Shown here piece after piece: positions 57,304 to 64,000 of a DNA stretch of 64,000 nt (within the stretch, counting starts at the first letter, position 1; each line of letters starts with the position of its first letter). A model generated the notes under the pieces. The model was not told the DNA's origin, did no database searches, and saw only the letters and a list, made by a program, of their open reading frames with translations. The translations under genes and the position numbers were made by a program. This stretch comes from an uncultured Ignavibacteriota bacterium (GTDB lineage Bacteria > Bacteroidota > Ignavibacteria > UBA10030 > BY39), in contig CAMTWO010000024.1 in NCBI GenBank assembly GCA_947085405.1, positions 579 to 64,578 of the forward strand. Reading direction: 5' to 3'.

Positions 57304-57762
57304 TTATCTTTGTGGCGATTTGGTTTTATTTATTATCGAACTTAAGATTTTTATTATTTCTTGTGATTCTATAATATCGTTTTCAAGAAGTTCCGCTTTT
57401 ATGTATTTCCCGCTGATAAGCCTTAACCAATATCTTGATTCTTTGGCTTCTTTTCTCGCAATTGTAAATTTGTTTGCAAAGTCCTTTTTAGTTACGCATC
57501 CATCTCCTTCTTCAACATTGGCACCTGTTGATGTACCAGCTTTTACTAATTGAGTTCGTATTACGACACATTCAACGGTTTTAGGTAACATTTCTGTGAT
57601 TTCCAAAATCCTTTGGGCAAATCTAAATGTTCTTTCACGGATATCATAAATCTTTTCATTTTTTGAATTTGTTTTTTTTTCATACTCCTGTAAATTTTCT
57701 GAAATAAAACTGTAAAATTCAGAAAAGTTATTTTGAGTTTTGTAATATTTGGTTTTTGTCAT
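57304..57762 (-). CDS. Four-helix-bundle protein of the 23S rRNA intervening-sequence protein family
   Basis: ERTFRFAQRILEI...VIRTQLVKAGTSTGANVEEG...KDFANKFTIARKEAKESRYWLRL. Confidence 0.7.
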   Translation of the reverse strand: MTKTKYYKTQNNFSEFYSFISENLQEYEKKTNSKNEKIYDIRERTFRFAQRILEITEMLPKTVECVVIRTQLVKAGTSTGANVEEGDGCVTKKDFANKFTIARKEAKESRYWLRLISGKYIKAELLENDIIESQEIIKILSSIINKTKSPQR

Positions 57763-58133
57763 TTAGCGTCGCTTTCTTTCAGCTTGTAAATCGTGTCTCC
57801 TTCTTTCACCATTCCGTGTTTTTCGCGAGCTGCTTTTTCAATAGCGAATTTATCTTTATCGAGCGACTTCGATTCCTGCTGAAGCCGTTTCTGTTCTTCG
57901 TTTGCTTCTTTAATTCTTTCAATCCACATTTTTTTCTCTTGTTCAAGCTGAGATCGTTTCAAGGGTCCTTTGTCGCTGATGAAGAAAAAGGTAATAAGAA
58001 TCAAAAACGGAATAATTCCCCATTTAAAAAGCTTATTTTTAAAAAGCTTTTTGATCCATCGTTCGGGTTGCCGCCAAGTCGGATTTTCTTTTCTGTAAAA
58101 CTGGTCGTCCATTGTAAACGAAATGTAACTCAA
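57759..58133 (-). CDS. FtsB/DivIC-like septum formation initiator (TM plus coiled coil)
   Basis: Single TM helix, a coiled coil, then REKHGMVKEGDTIYKL matching the FtsB C-terminal motif. Confidence 0.6.
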   Translation of the reverse strand: MSYISFTMDDQFYRKENPTWRQPERWIKKLFKNKLFKWGIIPFLILITFFFISDKGPLKRSQLEQEKKMWIERIKEANEEQKRLQQESKSLDKDKFAIEKAAREKHGMVKEGDTIYKLKESDAK

Positions 58134-58136
58134 AAT

Positions 58137-58970
58137 TTAAGATTTTGCAAGCATTGATTTTTCAAACAGCACCTCAAGCTCAGTCCCTCTTTGAACTGAT
58201 TTGGTTGTGACGAAGCTGTTCAATTCCATTAGCATAAAAATATTTTCTTGTGTCTCCCCCAAAAGTGGAAGTATGTTTGGATGAATTTCGATCTGTACTA
58301 CTCGTAATACCGGCGAAGATAAAATGTTTTCCATTCCACGCAATACATTTAACTCGGCGCCTTCAACGTCAATCTTGATAACCTGCGGCGAAAGGATCGA
58401 ACCACGCCTTATTAACTCATCGCTTTTTTGAATCTGAATTTTTTGTCCTTTCCCTGAAACCGGGTAGTCGGTGCGCACAGCCAGACTGTGTGTTCCGATG
58501 TTGGCTGATTCGGAAGTATGTAATTCGGCTATACCTTCAGATTCGCCAAGCGCCATCTGCAAAGGAGTTACATTCTTTAAATTATTTAGTTGAATATTTT
58601 TGGCGAGAAGTTTATAAGTGGATTTTTCCGGTTCGAAAGCAAAAACATTTCCCTTATTAACTTTTAGAGAAGAAAAGATGGTATAAATTCCATAACTCGC
58701 TCCGATATCCCACACAGTATCATTCGGTTGTAGTTTTTCTAAAAAAGTTTTTAAAACTTCCGATTCCCCCAAAAGCGATTCGACATCTTCTTTTATTTTA
58801 AAAGATGGTGTTGAAAATCTTGCAGTCAAACCCGAAAATGTTAACTCGGATTCAGCATTGAAGAGAAATACAAAATTATATAACGAGCGGAGTGGTTTAA
58901 ATAGACCAATCATCTTTAAAAATATTTTGAGCTTCAATTTTATGTTTTTTAAATCCATATTTCTTATCAA
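58137..58970 (-). CDS. FkbM family methyltransferase
   Basis: VWDIGASYGIYTIFSS SAM-binding motif; full-length FkbM-like. Confidence 0.8.
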   Translation of the reverse strand: MIRNMDLKNIKLKLKIFLKMIGLFKPLRSLYNFVFLFNAESELTFSGLTARFSTPSFKIKEDVESLLGESEVLKTFLEKLQPNDTVWDIGASYGIYTIFSSLKVNKGNVFAFEPEKSTYKLLAKNIQLNNLKNVTPLQMALGESEGIAELHTSESANIGTHSLAVRTDYPVSGKGQKIQIQKSDELIRRGSILSPQVIKIDVEGAELNVLRGMENILSSPVLRVVQIEIHPNILPLLGETQENIFMLMELNSFVTTKSVQRGTELEVLFEKSMLAKS

Positions 58971-59028
58971 ATATAAGAAATATTTTTTTAGTTTTGTAAT
59001 ATATGATTTTTGAATTTATATTAAACCA

Positions 59029-60732
59029 ATGTTTATACCGACTACAAAAGAAGAAATAAAGAAATTAGGTTGGAAAGAGTTGGATGTAATTCTTGTTAGT
59101 GGCGATACTTACATCGACAGCTCTTATAACGGCGCCGCCATCATCGGAAAATTGTTGATGAAATATGGATATAAGGTCGGAATAATTGCTCAACCGGATA
59201 TAAAGTCGGATATTGATATTAACCGACTCGGCGAGCCGAAATTATTTTGGGGAGTTACTTCGGGATGCGTTGATTCGATGGTAGCAAACTTTACTGCATC
59301 TAAAAAAAGAAGGCGAAACGACGATTTTACGCCCGGTGGCTTGAACACGAAACGACCCGATAGAGCAGTAATTGTGTACTCGAATCTAATCAGGCAGCAT
59401 TTTAAGAAAACTAAACCAATAGTTTTAGGCGGAGTTGAAGCAAGCCTGCGAAGAATTGCTCACTACGATTATTGGGACGATAAAATCCGGAAACCAATTT
59501 TGCTGGATGCCAAAGCCGATTATTTAGTTTATGGTATGGGAGAAAAACCGGTTTTAGATTTGGCTGAAAAGCTTTCCAAGAATGAAAATCCGTTGGAGAT
59601 TCGCGGCTTGTGTTACATATCGAAAGAACCGATAAAAAAATTTTTGTCGTTGCATTCTTTCGCCGATGTAGTGGCTGACAAAAAAAAGTTTATCGAAATG
59701 TTTCATATTTTCTATAACAACAATGATTCGTTAACGGCGAGAGGATTAAATCAAAAGTGTGCCGACAGGTATGTAATTCAAAACCCTCCCGCTCACCAAT
59801 ATTCACAGGATGAGCTTGATACAATTTATGACCTCGATTACGAGCGGGACGTTCATCCGTTTTACAGGAAAGAGGGAAAAGTAAAGGCGCTGGAAACAAT
59901 TCGATTTTCGATAACAACACACAGAGGATGTTTTGGCGAATGTAATTTTTGTTCGATAGGTGTTCATCAGGGAGAAAATATTGTATCAAGAAGCGAAGCA
60001 TCCATTTTGCGGGAAGCAAAAATTTTATCCGAACTGTCCGGCTTCAAAGGATACATTCACGATGTCGGTGGACCGACGGCGAATATGTTTGGGATGATCT
60101 GTAAAGTTAAGAAGCATACAGGTTTGTGCATAAACAAAAATTGTGCGTTCCCGCAAACCTGCAACGAATTAAACGTTAGCCACGAACCGCAAATTAAATT
60201 ACTCAAAAAAATCAGAAAGCTTGATGGTGTTAAGAAAGTTTTTGTAGCTTCAGGTTTGCGTTACGATTTGATAATCGACGATAAAAAATTTGGAAATGAA
60301 TACATTCAGGAGTTAGCGGCTCATCACGTGTCGGGACAGATTAAAGTAGCCCCCGAACACACCGACAAAAATGTTTTGAAGTTAATGCGAAAACCCGATA
60401 CGAAATATTTGGAAGAATTTAAAAAACGGTTTGATAAAACAAACAAACAGATTGGGAAGAAACAGTTTTTAACTTATTACCTGATAGCCGCACATCCGGG
60501 TTGCAGCGAGAACGATATGAAGAAATTAAAAAAATATGCAACCGAGGAACTTCATACAAACCCTGAACAAGTTCAGATATTTACGCCGCTGCCTTCAACT
60601 TATTCGGCGTTAATGTATTATACCGAGATTGATCCGTTTACAGGTAATAGATTATTCGTTGAGAAAGATATTGGGAAGAAGGAGAGACAGAAGAGAGCGG
60701 TAGTGAATGAAAAGGGAGAAGGCAGAAAGTAG
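59029..60732 (+). CDS. YgiQ family radical SAM protein (UPF0313)
   Basis: N-terminal YgiQ domain (GWKELDVILVSGDTYIDSSYNGAAIIGKLL) and radical SAM cysteine triad HRGCFGECNFCSI. Confidence 0.85.
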   Translation: MFIPTTKEEIKKLGWKELDVILVSGDTYIDSSYNGAAIIGKLLMKYGYKVGIIAQPDIKSDIDINRLGEPKLFWGVTSGCVDSMVANFTASKKRRRNDDFTPGGLNTKRPDRAVIVYSNLIRQHFKKTKPIVLGGVEASLRRIAHYDYWDDKIRKPILLDAKADYLVYGMGEKPVLDLAEKLSKNENPLEIRGLCYISKEPIKKFLSLHSFADVVADKKKFIEMFHIFYNNNDSLTARGLNQKCADRYVIQNPPAHQYSQDELDTIYDLDYERDVHPFYRKEGKVKALETIRFSITTHRGCFGECNFCSIGVHQGENIVSRSEASILREAKILSELSGFKGYIHDVGGPTANMFGMICKVKKHTGLCINKNCAFPQTCNELNVSHEPQIKLLKKIRKLDGVKKVFVASGLRYDLIIDDKKFGNEYIQELAAHHVSGQIKVAPEHTDKNVLKLMRKPDTKYLEEFKKRFDKTNKQIGKKQFLTYYLIAAHPGCSENDMKKLKKYATEELHTNPEQVQIFTPLPSTYSALMYYTEIDPFTGNRLFVEKDIGKKERQKRAVVNEKGEGRK

Positions 60733-60767
60733 TTGGCAATTGGCAGTAGGCGGTTTGCAGTTGGTAG

Positions 60768-63700
60768 CTAAACGTGTGTTAAAAGTTTTTCCTCTACATC
60801 ATTATAAATTTTGTCAACTTGATTTTGGATTTCGATAGTGTAACTTAATGCCGTGATAATTTTGCAGTATGTTTGAACTTCATCTAACGATAACTTCCGG
60901 CTTTTTCTGTCTTTTAGCCACTTCTTGCAAACTTTATAACCGCCAATTTGATATTCCCACACTTCAGATTTTACACCACTAAAGTATTGAGAAGAATTGA
61001 TGTTTACACGTTTGGTTTTTGGATCGTAGGTTACTTTTTCGATTCCTGAATCGCCCGAACCTTCAAATTTTGAGACGGGTTTATTTAATAGCTTTGAGTA
61101 TAGAAGATGAAGCCCGGCTAATTTTTCACCTAAACTTGAAAGCTTTTGGAATAGTTTAAAGTCGGATGTAAAAGGAATCTTTGGGAAATCGATTTTTAAA
61201 AACTCCGCGTATTTTTTTCTGTAAACAGTTGAATACATTACACCATAAACATAATAAAACATCTGTTCCGGAGTCGGAGATTTTTTGTAAGCGATTTTTA
61301 ATTGATCTAAAAGTGTTTTTGAGATATTAGGTGTTCGGGTTTCGTATTCTGTTTCGGGTTCAAAAAGAAGTAAAACATTTTTCAAAGTTTTTCGTTTTGG
61401 ATTTTTTTTATGACCGTATGAATATAACGGGAAAATATAACCGGTTTCTTTTGTTCTTATAGAAACACAGCAAATGTCGGCGATTGTATTTGTAACAAAA
61501 GCGTGCGAAAATTCTTCTACTGCTAATTGTCGCGTTACACACAGTCCGATGTTTGGTTTTAGGAAATGTTTCATTATTTCATATCTATCTCTATCGATAA
61601 GTTCTGACTTATAACAAATATTTCGGTTATCGAATGGACGATATGTGTATGGGCGGACGAATTCTTGTAATTTTATGTCTTTTAATATTTTGCGCACATT
61701 ACCCAATTTAAAATCTGTAGTATCGGTTAAACCAAGGGCTTTTTTTACAATCGCATCTTCCAAACTACTCGTGAAAGTTCTTAATCTTTGTTTTAGCTCG
61801 TCGCTCGAAAATCCAATTACAAAATGATCCCGATGAGTTTTTACACCGCTCGAGTTTTCTATAAATATATCCTTCACCGATATAAACTTGTTATAGCGCC
61901 TTGATTGTGCAAAATCTTTCTGAACAAAAAAGTAATATGGTTCTGCAGGAGTTAGCTTCTTCCATTTTGTTGTATCGGTGTTGTTCTTCTCTAAATAATT
62001 GTATTTCTTTTCTCTCAATCCGTAAACATCTTGATAAAAAACTTTTCCAAGTCCGTCCGATTTTTGATGTTTTACAAAAATTGAAATTGTTACACCTTGC
62101 ATTATATCAAATATGTTTTCGTCTTTACTTCCATCCGGACTTGTTTCGCCGATGCGGCTGCTTCCGTGTAAATTCAGTATGTAAATTTCGTTAAAACTTT
62201 CCAACAATCTTTTGCGCATCCCACGATGAATTAAGCCGGATAAATACGAGTTGTTCGTAATCATCCCAATTACGCCGAAGCCGGTTTTCTCAATTTTCCA
62301 TTGTGCAAATCGTATAAACTTAATATAGTCGTCCGAAAGCGGCTGAATGTTCCGCTCGCTTCTGACATCCTTCTTATAGAGTTCCATTTCTTTTTCGATA
62401 AAAGCGGATTTGTTCAGCGAACTTACTGAATAAGGAGGGTTCCCGACTATAACCAATATCGGCTGTTCCTTTTTAACTTTTGCTGCAAGATGCGATTCTT
62501 CCGAAATTGCCGACATCCCCGGTAAATTTATCTGTGCTAACTCTTCCATCTCTAAAGTGTTTGTGAGATATAATTTAAATCTGTCGTTTTCCTGCAAATG
62601 ATAACCGAGTTCGTCTAATAGAAATCCCATTTTGAGATGACCAACAGCATACGGTGCCATCATTAATTCGAGGGCATAAAAATTTTGGAGAATATGTTCC
62701 TGAATAAATTTATTTTTACCGCCAGCGCCGTATTTATTTTGAAATTCTGTTACAGCTTGTTTTGTTGCCTCAGCTAAAAAAGTGAGAGTTCCGGCTGCGG
62801 GGTCCAGCACAGTAATATTTTTAGATGCAAGCCCGTCCGGCTTATTAAATTTTTTCTGAAGAAGATTATGGACAGAATGGACAATGTATTTTACAACCGG
62901 TTCGGGAGTGTAATAAACTCCGCGCGTTTCCCGCACCGACGGATTGTATTCACTCAAAAATGTTTCGTAAAAATGAATAATCGGGTCGGAGCCTTTGCCG
63001 TTTGAAAAATATTCGTGCAGGATTTTTCCGACATCGGCTACATTAAGTATGTTTGCAATTTCGTCTATCGTCCATTCCATTTGTTTCGGAACATTGCCTA
63101 AAGAAATAAATTGAAAAACCTCCCGCAAAATACCAATCGTGCGGGGAATATAATTGAATGCAAGCTCCCTGTTGAAATCGCCCTCGCATCTCGTTCGTGC
63201 GGCAAACAAACCGTAAGTAATGGTTTGTGAATACAAATCGGCAAATTCAGCTTTTGATAATCCGGCATTCAGTGTTTGCTTGAATGCTTCGTAGAATCCG
63301 TTCAGGTAACCTGTTTTTGGTTCTTCATCTAATTGATGTATGATTACTTCTTCGTGGAGGAAACGTGTCCGCTTGGCAAGGTCAACAGCTAATGATTTTG
63401 CAGTAAAACGCTGCGGCTGGCTAAATGAGAAAAACTTTTCTAATAACTCGTAAAACTCTTTTTCGTTTTCTACAACAGGAACAGTTTTTAGTTTTGTTAA
63501 AAGATATGGTCGGCTGATTTGAACTTTGTCGATGAGCTGCCCTTCACGATACAATCGAAATTCAAAAAAGTTTGTGAGTATTATGTTCGGGAAAGTGTAT
63601 AAGTATCGTTTTAATTGTTCTGTAGTTTCGACCTGATCTAAATTTTCGATGAGCGGTTGTTTTGCTTCGATGTAGCCGGTTATGTGAAATTTTCCGTCCC

Positions 63701-63884
63701 AAATTCTGAAGTCGGGGTTTCCGGCTTCGGTTTGTTTTGGGAGGACGGTGATTTGAGTAGATTTCTTCTTTATAGATATAGAAAAATCCAGAAGAAGTTT
63801 TTCTAAAGCACCATAGAAGCTCTCTTCACGCGCATCTCCCCGGTTTGAGATTTCATATATATTTTGGAGGTATTGTCTGAGCAT
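60768..63884 (-). CDS. Type IIG restriction-modification enzyme (MmeI-like: N-terminal PD-ExK nuclease, N6-adenine methyltransferase, TRD)
   Basis: N-terminal GNPDFRIW...GYIEAKQP (PD...ExK). Methyltransferase motif IV VIVGNPPY and motif I-like LDPAAGTLTFL. 1038 aa. Confidence 0.75.
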   Translation of the reverse strand: MLRQYLQNIYEISNRGDAREESFYGALEKLLLDFSISIKKKSTQITVLPKQTEAGNPDFRIWDGKFHITGYIEAKQPLIENLDQVETTEQLKRYLYTFPNIILTNFFEFRLYREGQLIDKVQISRPYLLTKLKTVPVVENEKEFYELLEKFFSFSQPQRFTAKSLAVDLAKRTRFLHEEVIIHQLDEEPKTGYLNGFYEAFKQTLNAGLSKAEFADLYSQTITYGLFAARTRCEGDFNRELAFNYIPRTIGILREVFQFISLGNVPKQMEWTIDEIANILNVADVGKILHEYFSNGKGSDPIIHFYETFLSEYNPSVRETRGVYYTPEPVVKYIVHSVHNLLQKKFNKPDGLASKNITVLDPAAGTLTFLAEATKQAVTEFQNKYGAGGKNKFIQEHILQNFYALELMMAPYAVGHLKMGFLLDELGYHLQENDRFKLYLTNTLEMEELAQINLPGMSAISEESHLAAKVKKEQPILVIVGNPPYSVSSLNKSAFIEKEMELYKKDVRSERNIQPLSDDYIKFIRFAQWKIEKTGFGVIGMITNNSYLSGLIHRGMRKRLLESFNEIYILNLHGSSRIGETSPDGSKDENIFDIMQGVTISIFVKHQKSDGLGKVFYQDVYGLREKKYNYLEKNNTDTTKWKKLTPAEPYYFFVQKDFAQSRRYNKFISVKDIFIENSSGVKTHRDHFVIGFSSDELKQRLRTFTSSLEDAIVKKALGLTDTTDFKLGNVRKILKDIKLQEFVRPYTYRPFDNRNICYKSELIDRDRYEIMKHFLKPNIGLCVTRQLAVEEFSHAFVTNTIADICCVSIRTKETGYIFPLYSYGHKKNPKRKTLKNVLLLFEPETEYETRTPNISKTLLDQLKIAYKKSPTPEQMFYYVYGVMYSTVYRKKYAEFLKIDFPKIPFTSDFKLFQKLSSLGEKLAGLHLLYSKLLNKPVSKFEGSGDSGIEKVTYDPKTKRVNINSSQYFSGVKSEVWEYQIGGYKVCKKWLKDRKSRKLSLDEVQTYCKIITALSYTIEIQNQVDKIYNDVEEKLLTHV

Positions 63885-64000
63885 GATTAAGTGTGAGTAA
63901 ATTTACTCATTGAGCAGGAATAATACAAATAACTCCCATTTTTGAGTAATAATCAAAGTATTTAATAATTTTCCGAACGTTTTCCTTGACTTTATAAAAA

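Overview
AT-rich bacterial chromosome segment from an FCB-group (Ignavibacteria/Bacteroidota-like) organism. Lineage cues are the many T9SS-type C-terminal sorting domains ending KKMLLLR/K and the regular AGGAG Shine-Dalgarno sites. The window contains: (i) 1-3676, a giant BNR/Asp-box repeat T9SS cargo protein whose 5' end lies outside the window; (ii) 3715-17561, a compact contractile-injection-system (T6SS/eCIS-like) locus. It encodes a ClpV/ClpA-like double-AAA+ ATPase, a possible TssB-like protein, two paralogous tube (Hcp-like) proteins, a sheath, tandem hairpin terminators, a VgrG-like spike, gp25/TssE, two baseplate wedge proteins, a PAAR protein with a C-terminal extension, a LysM plus peptidoglycan-binding protein, a candidate effector plus lipoprotein (possible immunity), and a membrane pseudokinase fused to six PEGA domains. 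No recognisable membrane complex (TssJLM or TssN-R), TssK or tape measure is visible; (iii) 20.3-34 kb, an island of secreted, lipo- and T9SS-sorted proteins, one apparently frameshifted, plus GC-rich REP-like hairpin elements at gene ends; (iv) 34-41 kb, housekeeping genes: MalK/UgpC-like ABC ATPase, M50 protease, asd, a YitJ-like homocysteine methyltransferase/MTHFR fusion, a class II aldolase and ddl; (v) a DUF433/DUF5615 toxin-antitoxin-like pair whose toxin carries an in-frame TAG, a cadC-cadA/zntA metal efflux pair, hutU, and an islet holding mazEF-like genes, an adenosine-specific kinase, a Mut7-C nuclease and a second DUF433/DUF5615 pair. That second pair is flanked by a near-perfect ~85-bp direct repeat that duplicates the 3' end of lptD; (vi) lptD, a ROK kinase, rarA, an FtsB-like protein, an FkbM methyltransferase, a YgiQ radical SAM protein and an MmeI-like type IIG restriction-modification enzyme. 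No rRNA, tRNA or CRISPR array was found.
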